From Candidatus Levyibacteriota bacterium (GTDB lineage Bacteria; Patescibacteriota; Microgenomatia; Levybacterales; UBA12049), in the NCBI GenBank assembly GCA_016199085.1, contig JACQHJ010000002.1, positions 31,000 to 94,999 of the forward strand: a DNA stretch of 64,000 bases. The letters are read 5' to 3'. This document shows, piece by piece, positions 20,334-29,303 of this stretch (its first letter is position 1; each line of letters begins with the position of its first letter). The translations under genes and the position numbers were made by a program. The notes under the pieces are model-generated. The model was given only the letters and a program-made list of their open reading frames with translations. It did no database searches and was not told where the DNA came from.

Positions 20334-21671
20334 ATGTTAAAGCTCTATAACACAATGACAAAAGGACTTGAGGAATTCGTTCCTCAGGATCCTTCCAGGA
20401 TTACGATGTATACTTGTGGTCCGACGGTCTATGACCATATGCATATAGGAAATCTTCGTACTTTTGTTTTCTCGGATATTTTATTTAGGGTTTTAAGATA
20501 TAATCATTTCAGAGTATCTGCCGTTCAAAACATTACCGATATTGACGACAAAATCATCAAAAGGGCAATGCAGAGGCAAACCACAATTACTGAAATTGCA
20601 AAGGAATACACGGATTTTTTTCTCCAAGACATAAGAAAATTAAACATTAACCCCAAAAACCTTAAAGAACAGCCAAGAGCAACGGAGTATGTTGGGAAAA
20701 TGATTGATTACATTAAGGTTTTAATTGCAAAGGGCTTTGCTTACACGGAAAAAGACGGATCAGTTTATTTTGATATTTCAAAATTTGAGAAATACGGAAA
20801 GCTTTCAGGAGTTGAAAAAAGAGAATTAAAAACAGGAACAAGAATGTTGTCGGATGAATATACAAAAGAAGACGTACAGGATTTTTCTTTATGGAAATCG
20901 GTTGGAGAAAAGGAGGTTGGTTATGAAAGTCCATGGGGAAGAGGGAGACCGGGCTGGCATATTGAGTGTTCTGTTATGAGTCAGACAATTTTAGGGAACA
21001 AATTAGATATCCATGCAGGAGGAATTGATCTTATTTTTCCTCATCATGAAAATGAAATAGCCCAATCTGAGGCAATGACTGGAGAGAGCCCCTTTGTCAA
21101 ATACTGGGTTCATGGAGCGCATATTTTAGTTGACGGAAAGAAGATGAGTAAAAGCTTACATAACTTTTATACCCTTTCTGATTTAGAAGAAAAAAACTTC
21201 CACGCGCTATCCCTTCGTTACCTCTATCTACAAACCCATTATAGGCAGGAAATGAATTTTACATTTGAATCATTAACGGCGGCCCAAAACGCTTTGGAAA
21301 AACTCTGGAGTCAAGTCGCAGTTTATGAAGCCAGTTCGTCAGCTCCAATTAAGGAATATGAAGAAAAGTTTTTAAAAGCTTTAAATGATGACTTGAATAT
21401 GCCTAAAGCTCTCTCTCTTGTCTGGGAGGTAATTAAATCAAATTATAAGCCTGAGGAAAAATACGCAACTTTACTTAATTTTGACCAAATCCTGGGCCTT
21501 TCTTTAAAAGAAGCGGATCTTTTAGTAAAAGTCTTTGAAAAGGAAATGCCATTGGAAGTTAAGAAACTTCTCGAGGACAGAGAACAACTTCGAAGAGAGA
21601 AAAGATATAAGGAAGCTGATAAATTAAGAGACAAAATTATTGAAATGGGATACAAAGTAGAGGATAACTAG
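20334..21671 (+). CDS. cysS: Cysteinyl-tRNA synthetase
   Basis: CGPTVY, HIGN, GRPGWHIECS and KMSKS motifs. Confidence 0.97.
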   Translation: MLKLYNTMTKGLEEFVPQDPSRITMYTCGPTVYDHMHIGNLRTFVFSDILFRVLRYNHFRVSAVQNITDIDDKIIKRAMQRQTTITEIAKEYTDFFLQDIRKLNINPKNLKEQPRATEYVGKMIDYIKVLIAKGFAYTEKDGSVYFDISKFEKYGKLSGVEKRELKTGTRMLSDEYTKEDVQDFSLWKSVGEKEVGYESPWGRGRPGWHIECSVMSQTILGNKLDIHAGGIDLIFPHHENEIAQSEAMTGESPFVKYWVHGAHILVDGKKMSKSLHNFYTLSDLEEKNFHALSLRYLYLQTHYRQEMNFTFESLTAAQNALEKLWSQVAVYEASSSAPIKEYEEKFLKALNDDLNMPKALSLVWEVIKSNYKPEEKYATLLNFDQILGLSLKEADLLVKVFEKEMPLEVKKLLEDREQLRREKRYKEADKLRDKIIEMGYKVEDN

Positions 21672-21997
21672 AAATATTCTCCTGGCTAGTTTTTGTGTAA
21701 AAAATAAATTCGAAGCTTAGTTTGTTTTTGAGTTGTGGGTGATTTGAGCTTTTCTTCTGAGCAGTTCTCTTTGGTGGTTGGGGTCGTTCGTTGAGGCTAA
21801 CTGGGGTGCGGGGAGATTGGAGGAGTTCTTAATCGACTTTTCTCCCATCTTTCCAAAAATGATATTTTTGAGAATACCTACCACATTCCTTAGGGTACAG
21901 GAAAAAGCACAAATGTGTCAAGTATTAAAAATCTTATTTTATATTGACAAAGCTTATTAATATATGAGCATAATGATTGTAGGGAGGTGATTAGAGT

Positions 21998-22141
21998 ATG
22001 GCAAAGAAAAAGGCTAAAAGATCTGTATCAAGAAAAAGCAGGTCTTTTGTCGAGTATAACTCACTGACATTTATATTATTTTTAGTTTTTGTCTTATTGG
22101 TTTCAGTCCTTCTGGTTGCAAAAATGGTTGCAGCTAATTAG
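21998..22141 (+). CDS. Small membrane protein (47 aa), absent from the ORF track
   Basis: GGGAGGTG RBS then MAKKKAKRSVSRKSRSFVEYNSLTFILFLVFVLLVSVLLVAKMVAAN*; upstream TTGACA...CATAAT. Confidence 0.75.
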   Translation: MAKKKAKRSVSRKSRSFVEYNSLTFILFLVFVLLVSVLLVAKMVAAN

Positions 22142-22153
22142 TTGTCAAATTTT

Positions 22154-23062
22154 ATGCAAGACTTGGGTTACGATAAGCCTCTTTACATTTTGCCGTTTGA
22201 TCATCGCAGTGCTTTTGCTCCGCTTTTCAATGTTACTTCTGCAAGTGACTTAGATTCACTCCAAAGACATGCAATAAAAGAATTAAAAATGCTTATTTAT
22301 AAAGGATTCAAAAAAGCCCTGGATATGGGTATTCCAGCGGAATTTGGCGCAATACTTTGTGATGAAGAGTTTGGCCAGGAAGTTTTAATTGATGCAAAGC
22401 ACAATGGCTTTATTACAATCCTTACAACTGAAAAAAGCGGAGAAAGTGAGTTTAAATTCCAATATCCGGACAGTTTTGAAGATCATATTCTTTCCATGCG
22501 TCCTACATTTGCAAAGGCTTTGGTAAGATATAATCCAAAAGACCCCCAAAACATTAAAGATTCCCAGAAAAAGAACCTAAAGCTTTTAAGTGATTTTTCC
22601 CATCAAGAGAATTTTAAATTCCTTCTTGAGGTACTTATTGTCCCAAATACTAAACAGCTTTCGGAGTTTGCTGATAGGGAAGAATTTGACAGAAATTTAA
22701 GACCGAACTTAGCGGTTGAAGTAATAGATGAGCTGCAAAGCTTTGGTGTAGAGCCTGATGTCTGGAAGCTTGAGGGATTTGAAGAAATAAAAGATTACAA
22801 ACTTGTTTTAGAAGAAATTAAAAAAGATAATAGGGAAAGAGTAGGTCTTGTCATTTTAGGAAGGGGAGCAGCAGAGGAAAAAGTAGAGGAATGGCTAAAG
22901 ATTGGGTCGGGTATCAAAGGCGTTATCGGTTTTGCAGTTGGAAGAACAGTTTTTTGGCAAGCAATTGAAAAGTTTCATAAAGGAGAAGTTGGCAAAGCAG
23001 AAGTTATAGATACGGTTTCTTCTAATTTTTACAAGTTCTACAAAATCTTTACAGGTAAGTAG
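22154..23062 (+). CDS. DUF2090 family aldolase-like TIM barrel (IolC C-terminal-like)
   Basis: LYILPFDHR, EPDVWKLEG, ILGRG and GFAVGRTVFW motifs. Confidence 0.85.
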   Translation: MQDLGYDKPLYILPFDHRSAFAPLFNVTSASDLDSLQRHAIKELKMLIYKGFKKALDMGIPAEFGAILCDEEFGQEVLIDAKHNGFITILTTEKSGESEFKFQYPDSFEDHILSMRPTFAKALVRYNPKDPQNIKDSQKKNLKLLSDFSHQENFKFLLEVLIVPNTKQLSEFADREEFDRNLRPNLAVEVIDELQSFGVEPDVWKLEGFEEIKDYKLVLEEIKKDNRERVGLVILGRGAAEEKVEEWLKIGSGIKGVIGFAVGRTVFWQAIEKFHKGEVGKAEVIDTVSSNFYKFYKIFTGK

Positions 23063-23063
23063 C

Positions 23064-24050
23064 TTATCTTGTAATTACTTTTTCCACAGCTTCAATTATT
23101 GCGGTTTCATCCATCTTATATTTCCTAAGTAATTCCACGGGTTTTCCACTTTCTCCAAATGTATCCTGCAGTCCTACAAATTCCATAGGAGTTGGGAGGT
23201 TTTTTGCCAAAACTTCGGCTATCATCGATCCCATACCTCCCATAACCTGGTGATCTTCTACGGTTACTACACGGCCTGATTGTCTTGCTAAATCAACTAT
23301 TGTTTTTTCATCTGCCGGTTTTATTGTTGCTAAGTTTGCCACAATTGTATCTATTCCTTTTTGCTCCAAGGCTTTTGCGGAAAGTAAGGCGTAGTAAAGC
23401 ATATAGCCGGTTGCAAAAATCGTTGCCTTGGGATTTTCACTTATCCAAAAGCTTTCAATAGCCCGTTGATTAAAAGGAGTTTTTTCGGAAGTTATGACAG
23501 GTGTTTTATCCCTTGTAAACCTTAGGTAGACAGGGCCCTTGATATTTACAGATTCCAAAGTTATCTTCTTGGCTTCCCAGAAGTCGCAAGGGACGAAAAC
23601 AGTAACACCGGGTAGACTTCTTGTAATAGCAATATCTTCTGTTGCCTGATGTGTGGCTCCGTCTGCGCCAGTTGCAATGCCGCTATGGTGTCCGGCAATT
23701 TTTACGTTGGCATTGTTATAAGCAATTGTCGTTCTTATGGTTTCAAGGTTTTTCCCTGGAGAAAATACAGCGTAAGAGCAAATAAAGGGAATTTTGCCCG
23801 ATATTGCAAGGCCAGCTGCAATAGCTGCCATGTTTTGCTCTGCAACTCCTACTTCAAAAAACCTTTCCGGGAATTTTTTTGCAAATCCTTCGGCTCTTGT
23901 ACTTTCAGACAAATCTGCAGTTAAAACAACAACGTCTTTGTTTTTTTCTCCTAAAGATATAAGAGCGTCTCCAAAGCCGTCTCTTGTTGCTTTCTCATCG
24001 ATTTTGGTCTCAAATATAGCCTGATTTAAAAATAATTTTGGATTTAGCAT
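23064..24050 (-). CDS. tkt: Transketolase, C-terminal subunit
   Basis: ADLSEST, VGVAEQNM, GADGATHQ and VEDH motifs. Confidence 0.93.
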   Translation of the reverse strand: MLNPKLFLNQAIFETKIDEKATRDGFGDALISLGEKNKDVVVLTADLSESTRAEGFAKKFPERFFEVGVAEQNMAAIAAGLAISGKIPFICSYAVFSPGKNLETIRTTIAYNNANVKIAGHHSGIATGADGATHQATEDIAITRSLPGVTVFVPCDFWEAKKITLESVNIKGPVYLRFTRDKTPVITSEKTPFNQRAIESFWISENPKATIFATGYMLYYALLSAKALEQKGIDTIVANLATIKPADEKTIVDLARQSGRVVTVEDHQVMGGMGSMIAEVLAKNLPTPMEFVGLQDTFGESGKPVELLRKYKMDETAIIEAVEKVITR

Positions 24051-24051
24051 A

Positions 24052-24915
24052 CTATCCTTCGTTTTGTATTCTTCCTTGCAATGTTCTTAGTTCTTCGAGT
24101 GCTTTTTTTGCTTGGCTATCGTTTGGCGGTTTTCCATGCCAAGTAAAATCCTTTTCCATAAAAGAAACTCCAAAGCCGGGAATTGTATGGGCAATGATGA
24201 CGGTTGGTTTTTCAAATATACTCTTGGCTTTTGAAACTGCATCAACAAATTCTCTGATATTGTTTCCGTTGACCTCCAAGACTTCCCAGTTAAAGGCAAT
24301 GTATTTGTCCTTTAAAGGCTCCAGCGGCATGACGTTTTCCGTAAAGCCGTCAATTTGAATATTGTTTCGATCAATTATCAAAGTTAAGTTGTTTAATTTT
24401 GCTTTTCCTGCAAACATTACAGCTTCCCACGTATTTCCTTCTTCTTGTTCTCCGTCTGAGGCTATCACAAAAGTGTGATATTTTTTCTTATCCAGCTTTG
24501 CAGAAAGTGCAATTCCAATTCCTTGAGATAGTCCTTCTCCCAAAGGCCCGGAAGTTGTTTCAAGTCCTGGTAGGGAGTTTCTGTGAGGATGTCCCTGAAG
24601 TCTTGAGTTTATTTTCCTCAATGTTTTTAGTTCTTCCTTTTCGAAATATCCGCTCATTGCCATAACCGCGTATCTGATAGGGCAGATGTGTCCGTTTGAT
24701 AAAATTAACCTGTCTCTATCTCTTAAATCAGGCTTTTTTGGATCGTGGTTTAAGATGTGGAAATATAAAGCTACAAATATATCAGCCATACCCAAAGGTC
24801 CTGCGCTATGTCCAGAGCCTGCCTCCAAAAGCATTTCTATCACAAGCTTTCTTGCTTCAACAGCTTTTAGCTCTAATTCTTTGAGTTTGTCGTCTAGCAA
24901 TAGGGGAGTATCCAT
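24052..24915 (-). CDS. tkt: Transketolase, N-terminal (TPP-binding) subunit
   Basis: GSGH, RDRLILSNGH, LQGHP and SDGEQEEG motifs; start from TGcTAATAT-N7-ATG. Confidence 0.93.
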   Translation of the reverse strand: MDTPLLLDDKLKELELKAVEARKLVIEMLLEAGSGHSAGPLGMADIFVALYFHILNHDPKKPDLRDRDRLILSNGHICPIRYAVMAMSGYFEKEELKTLRKINSRLQGHPHRNSLPGLETTSGPLGEGLSQGIGIALSAKLDKKKYHTFVIASDGEQEEGNTWEAVMFAGKAKLNNLTLIIDRNNIQIDGFTENVMPLEPLKDKYIAFNWEVLEVNGNNIREFVDAVSKAKSIFEKPTVIIAHTIPGFGVSFMEKDFTWHGKPPNDSQAKKALEELRTLQGRIQNEG

Positions 24916-24974
24916 ATATTTTATATTAGCATTAAAGTTGACTATTAACAAAAATAGGCCTATAATATTTAACC

Positions 24975-25343
24975 ATGACAGTTGAAATTCAAAGACAAGG
25001 TTTGGATCAATTCGGGCAAATAGATTTTACTCCTCAGTTAGTGGGACAAATGGAGCCTGGGGGAAGAAACATGGGAATTATTCATCACCGTAAAGACGGT
25101 AAAGAATCAGGATATGTACTGGTTCATGCTGAAAGAGAAGCTAGGATTTATAGACTGACTCCTGGAACATTTAGAACGGTATGGAAAGGTAAGCATATGT
25201 TGCAGCTTCTCGTCGATGAGAGGACAGTTACGGATTTTCCCATGAGACTTTTTGCAACGCTTACGCAAGATCGTCCACAAAGATGTATTTTAGTAAGGGA
25301 AGAGGATGGTCAAAAGGCCTTTTACAGATTTAGGTTTAGGTAA
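24975..25343 (+). CDS. Hypothetical protein (orphan class)
   Basis: MTVEIQRQ start; TTGACT...TATAAT-N8-ATG. Confidence 0.65.
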   Translation: MTVEIQRQGLDQFGQIDFTPQLVGQMEPGGRNMGIIHHRKDGKESGYVLVHAEREARIYRLTPGTFRTVWKGKHMLQLLVDERTVTDFPMRLFATLTQDRPQRCILVREEDGQKAFYRFRFR

Positions 25344-25344
25344 T

Positions 25345-25770
25345 TTATCTCTTTGTTAATTTTGCAAACCCTTCAATTTTATCTCTGATAAGCGTTGTTG
25401 CGGGTGCAAGAGCTTCACTTATAGGATTAGGTGTTTCCATAACAGGGTGTCTTTTTATAAATGCATTCATTGCTTCTGTCCTATCAGCGCCATTAAGTAT
25501 ACTCATACGCGTTGACCAAAAATCATCCACTATCCCCATATGAGGTTTTATGTCTCTTTTAAATCTGGGCATTTTTCTTATCGAGTCATAAGTTTCTCTT
25601 TGAAGCTTATCTTTTGGAGATAAAGGTGTTGGTGGGGCAACATAAATTTCACTACCTAATTTTTTCGCAGCAGCTATCTTTCTTCGTCTTTCTATGGAAG
25701 CACCTTTTGATCTTTTACTTCTTTCTAACTGGGATCCTGCCATATTATCTGTTCCCTTTTCCGAGGCCAT
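25345..25770 (-). CDS. Hypothetical protein (orphan class)
   Basis: MASEKG start; TATTAT-N6-ATG on the minus strand. Confidence 0.6.
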   Translation of the reverse strand: MASEKGTDNMAGSQLERSKRSKGASIERRRKIAAAKKLGSEIYVAPPTPLSPKDKLQRETYDSIRKMPRFKRDIKPHMGIVDDFWSTRMSILNGADRTEAMNAFIKRHPVMETPNPISEALAPATTLIRDKIEGFAKLTKR

Positions 25771-25808
25771 AGTAGCATAATAGATTATTGATTACAAGAA
25801 AGTTTTAT

Positions 25809-26180
25809 CTATCTATTTCTTGTAGCGGCTTTTCTTCTTCTTTCGTGTACAGCCCATCCATGAGACGGTCTTTCAGATTCGTGGGTAACAGCCTCCCTTA
25901 TTATGCGGAAGTGAGCGGAAAATGTTCTATTGCGAGGGTCATCAGAGTTGGGTTTTTCGGGTTTTTCTCCTGCCGCTACGGCTGTGTAAACAGTTTCAAA
26001 ATAACTTCTGAGAAAATCCTGGTTGTTGACAAAAAGACCGTGAAGACGGCGTTTGTTATGCGTTCGTAATTCAAGCATTCCTTTTGCTGTATCCCAAGAC
26101 GTTGTCGTTAATCTTCTTGCTCTTGCAGTAGATGTGTCAACAGTTTGTCTTGGGGAAAATCTTACTCTTTCTACAGTCAT
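25809..26180 (-). CDS. Hypothetical Arg-rich protein (orphan class)
   Basis: MTVERVR start; 123-aa ORF. Confidence 0.6.
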   Translation of the reverse strand: MTVERVRFSPRQTVDTSTARARRLTTTSWDTAKGMLELRTHNKRRLHGLFVNNQDFLRSYFETVYTAVAAGEKPEKPNSDDPRNRTFSAHFRIIREAVTHESERPSHGWAVHERRRKAATRNR

Positions 26181-26263
26181 ATTTATATTGGGGCAAGTTG
26201 AGAAATATTATCACATAGTAATTGCAAATACAATAAGATCTAAAATTTGCTAAAATAAGATTC

Positions 26264-26926
26264 ATGTCAAAGGACGGAAGAGTTTGGTTATCGCATACGT
26301 CTTTGGAAGTGTTACAAAGATGTCCCAGGTGTTTTTGGCTGCAGGTTAGAAAAGGCATAAGACAGCCCGAGGGGATTGTTTCAAGGCTTGCCAATAGGTT
26401 TGACGTTGTTGTCAAAAACTATTTCGATAATTACAGAATAGATGGCAAATTCCCTCCTATGGTTGACGGAAAACTACCAGGCATTCTCCAAAACCCGTTT
26501 GTAGAAAAGTACTTTGTGAGGATAAATGAAAAGTACGGTTTTTACGGAAAACTCGATGAATGCTTGGTCGATGAGGAGAAAAGACTAACGCCTGTTGATT
26601 TCAAGACTTCAAGCTCAGATCCTAGAGAAAAAGAAACACTTGATGCATATAAAACTCAGATTGACGATTACGTATTCTTGATTTCTCAAAACGGGAAAAA
26701 AGTCACAGGGGAAGGGTATCTTGTATATTTTTATCCGGATGTCAGCGTCGAGCTCCATAACGGTTTTCCGATGATAATCCATATTCAAAAACTTTTGGGA
26801 AACCCCGATAATACTAGAAAAAGAATTGAAAATGCGATTAAGGTGCTAGAGGGAAACGGTGTGCCTGATTCAAATCCGGAGTGTGTTTTTTGCAAGTATA
26901 TAGATCTAAGGAAAGTAGAAGAATAA
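26264..26926 (+). CDS. PD-(D/E)XK nuclease (RecB/Cas4-like)
   Basis: LSHTS..CPRCF, GKLD..PVDFKTS, Q..Y and C-terminal CVFC. Confidence 0.85.
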   Translation: MSKDGRVWLSHTSLEVLQRCPRCFWLQVRKGIRQPEGIVSRLANRFDVVVKNYFDNYRIDGKFPPMVDGKLPGILQNPFVEKYFVRINEKYGFYGKLDECLVDEEKRLTPVDFKTSSSDPREKETLDAYKTQIDDYVFLISQNGKKVTGEGYLVYFYPDVSVELHNGFPMIIHIQKLLGNPDNTRKRIENAIKVLEGNGVPDSNPECVFCKYIDLRKVEE

Positions 26927-26941
26927 TTTGAGGATAAGAGC

Positions 26942-26986
26942 ATTAAAAGTATTTAACTTCCTTTAAATCCATTAAATACTTTTAAT
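26942..26986. terminator. Perfect 15-bp inverted repeat between convergent genes (possible bidirectional terminator or operator)
   Basis: ATTAAAAGTATTTAA (26942-26956) and TTAAATACTTTTAAT (26972-26986). Confidence 0.55.
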
Positions 26987-26992
26987 TTAGGC

Positions 26993-27067
26993 TTAAATCT
27001 TAAGAAATCTACCATAGAAATGGGCCAAAAAATCTTCAATTGAGTCTAAAAATCTTACCAAGTCCAT
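26993..27067 (-). CDS. Putative 24-aa amphipathic peptide MDLVRFLDSIEDFLAHFYGRFLKI
   Basis: Strong RBS AAGGAGGTG 4 nt before ATG, ECF-type promoter upstream, hairpin downstream. Confidence 0.6.
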   Translation of the reverse strand: MDLVRFLDSIEDFLAHFYGRFLKI

Positions 27068-27100
27068 TTTACACCTCCTTTCCTTGTTTAGGTTAGTTTA

Positions 27101-27127
27101 TAACGAAACTTAAGATACTGCGTTACA
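27101..27127 (-). promoter_or_regulatory. Putative ECF sigma promoter TGTAAC-N16-CGTTA
   Basis: Minus strand reads TGTAACgcagtatcttAAGTTTCGTta; a matching copy lies at 28502. Confidence 0.6.
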
Positions 27128-27235
27128 TCTAGTGGAACGGAATTTTAAGAATTTGGTAAGAAGAAAATAAGAGTATGTTAAGAAGAGCTATAAGTTTGGC
27201 AATAATCGATGAAAGTTATGGTAATATTTTTGTAA

Positions 27236-27742
27236 ATGTCATCACAACTTACATTCGAATCTTTATATCTCAAATACTCGGACCGGATCTACAGATATGT
27301 TTATCTCAATCTAAACGATCCGTATCTTTCAGAGGATATTACAAGCGAGGTATTTTTAAGAGTTTGGAAGAGATGGAGTAAGATCAGACAAGACTTTATA
27401 CAGGCTCTGTTATATAAGATTGCAAGAAATATAATAGTAGATCATTACAGAAAAAAGAAAAACAAGAGGCAAATATCATTGGAGGAGTCGGTCGAGAGAG
27501 GGATTGAACCTTTCTACGAACAGGAGTTTATTGAAAAAATTCATAAAGACAATAATATCCAAAGATTAAATGCTCAAATAAAGCTTTTGCCCGCCAATTT
27601 AAGAGACGTTTTAATCTTAAGATTTGTAGATGATCTTTCAGCCAAAGAAGTAGGTGAGATTATGAAAATATCAGAGGTAAACGTTAGGGTTTTACAATAT
27701 CGGGCAATAAAAAAACTTAAAGAGGTAATCAAAAATGAGTAA
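27236..27742 (+). CDS. ECF sigma-70 family RNA polymerase sigma factor
   Basis: Region 2 (EDITSEVFLRVW, LYKIARNIIVDHYRK) and region 4 (LSAKEVGEIMKISEVNVRVLQYRA). Confidence 0.95.
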   Translation: MSSQLTFESLYLKYSDRIYRYVYLNLNDPYLSEDITSEVFLRVWKRWSKIRQDFIQALLYKIARNIIVDHYRKKKNKRQISLEESVERGIEPFYEQEFIEKIHKDNNIQRLNAQIKLLPANLRDVLILRFVDDLSAKEVGEIMKISEVNVRVLQYRAIKKLKEVIKNE

Positions 27743-28487
27743 GGACGATCTTATTGGGGAATTTATAGATCAGGGGGCATCTGAAAAAGAGGCAGAAGAG
27801 TTGTATCTTTTCTTAAAGAACTTTAAGAATCTTTTGGATATTAAAAGACCTTTAAAAACAAAGCAAAGCTTTTTAAATAAACTTAACAAAAAAAAGGTTG
27901 ATAACTATCAATTCCCAAAGTTTCCAAGAAAATTTGTCTTTGTTCTTTCTATCATACTTCTGTTTCTTATTGTAAGCGGATCTCTAGTAGGTGCACAGGC
28001 AAGTAAGCCTGGAGAGCTTTTGTATCCTCTAAAACAACTTACGAATTCTGTCTCATCCTTTATAGGACAATCAATACATAGAGAGGCATTAAAATCAGAT
28101 GGGGAGGGTCAACAGAACTCTCCTACTCCAATTGAAACCTGGGGAGATAATTCAACAGACGAGAATAAAAATGATTTAAAAGAGAATGAGAAAAAAGAAT
28201 CTAAAGATTTGGAATCAGGAAGAGATATTTTAAACAAAGATAATAAAGATGATAAAAAGGAGGTTTTGGGAGTAGAGGATAAGAATTCAGGGAAGCCTGA
28301 AGATACAATTCCAACCGTAGTTGAAGAAGTAAAGGACATAAAGGAGGAGAAAAAAGACCAATCATCTAATAATCAAAACAGTAATTCAACAACAACGATT
28401 GGACAAACAGCGGGTCAGGTAGTTGGAAATACAGGGGACACAGTCGGTAATGTTGTTAAAGACACTAGGAATATTTTGGGACTTTAA
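27735..28487 (+). CDS. Putative membrane-anchored anti-sigma factor (DUF5667-like)
   Basis: Overlaps the sigma gene; one transmembrane helix followed by AQASKPGELLYPLK and a charged low-complexity tail. Confidence 0.75.
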   Translation: MSKDDLIGEFIDQGASEKEAEELYLFLKNFKNLLDIKRPLKTKQSFLNKLNKKKVDNYQFPKFPRKFVFVLSIILLFLIVSGSLVGAQASKPGELLYPLKQLTNSVSSFIGQSIHREALKSDGEGQQNSPTPIETWGDNSTDENKNDLKENEKKESKDLESGRDILNKDNKDDKKEVLGVEDKNSGKPEDTIPTVVEEVKDIKEEKKDQSSNNQNSNSTTTIGQTAGQVVGNTGDTVGNVVKDTRNILGL

Positions 28488-28501
28488 TAACGACTTAGGA
28501 A

Positions 28502-28529
28502 TGTAACAGATTGCCCTCAAGTTTCGTCT
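28502..28529 (+). promoter_or_regulatory. Putative ECF sigma promoter TGTAAC-N17-CGTCT
   Basis: TGTAACagattgccctcAAGTTTCGTct, 14 nt after the anti-sigma stop. Confidence 0.55.
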
Positions 28530-28604
28530 TCATTTTAAGAATTAAAATAAACTCTTCAATTGTTGATTCTGGCTTCAAATAGGAGTATAATTCTAACGCC
28601 CCAA

Positions 28605-29303
28605 ATGTTAAAAAAACTTAAGATTGATATTAAGAAATCTGCCAACCCCAAGAAAGCTTCTTTTTTGCAAAGATTCTTTAAAACCAGTGAGGGCGAATAT
28701 GGATTCGGAGATGTATTTATCGGATTAACTGTTCCTAAATCAAGAGAGATTGCAATTAAATATAAGGATTTGGATTTTAATGATATCTTAACTCTTCTAA
28801 AGTCCCCGGTGCATGAAGAAAGACTTATTGCTCTTTTAATTTTAGTTCATCAGTATGAAAAAGAAGAGATGCTTCAGCGAAGAATTTATGAATTTTATCT
28901 TAAGAATACAAAATATATTAACAATTGGGATTTGGTTGATTTATCTTCCGATAAAATAGTAGGAGCTTATTTAATAGACAAACCAAAAGATATTTTGGTC
29001 AAGCTTTCAAAGTCAAATAACCTCTGGGAAAGAAGAATAGCAATGATTGCTACCTACAACTTTATAAAAAACAAAATGTTTGACGAAACACTTTTAATTG
29101 CCGAAAATTTGATTGCCGACGAAAACGATCTTATCCAAAAAGCCGTCGGCTGGATGCTAAGAGAAGTGGGGAATAGGGATCTAAAAAAAGAAGAACAGTT
29201 TTTAAAAAAATATTATAAAACAATGGGAAGAACTGCGTTAAGGTATGCAATTGAGAAATTCCCGCAAAATCTAAGACAAAAATATCTTGCCGGTAAAATC
29301 TAG
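28605..29303 (+). CDS. DNA alkylation repair protein (AlkD family)
   Basis: FFKT.EGEYG.GD.FIG, NNWDLVD, LWERR and IQKAVGWMLRE motifs. Confidence 0.92.
   Translation: MLKKLKIDIKKSANPKKASFLQRFFKTSEGEYGFGDVFIGLTVPKSREIAIKYKDLDFNDILTLLKSPVHEERLIALLILVHQYEKEEMLQRRIYEFYLKNTKYINNWDLVDLSSDKIVGAYLIDKPKDILVKLSKSNNLWERRIAMIATYNFIKNKMFDETLLIAENLIADENDLIQKAVGWMLREVGNRDLKKEEQFLKKYYKTMGRTALRYAIEKFPQNLRQKYLAGKI

Noticed and set aside
26264-26926. Cas4-like nuclease as a sign of CRISPR-Cas
   Set aside because: There is no repeat-spacer array and no other cas gene. Solo PD-(D/E)XK proteins are common.
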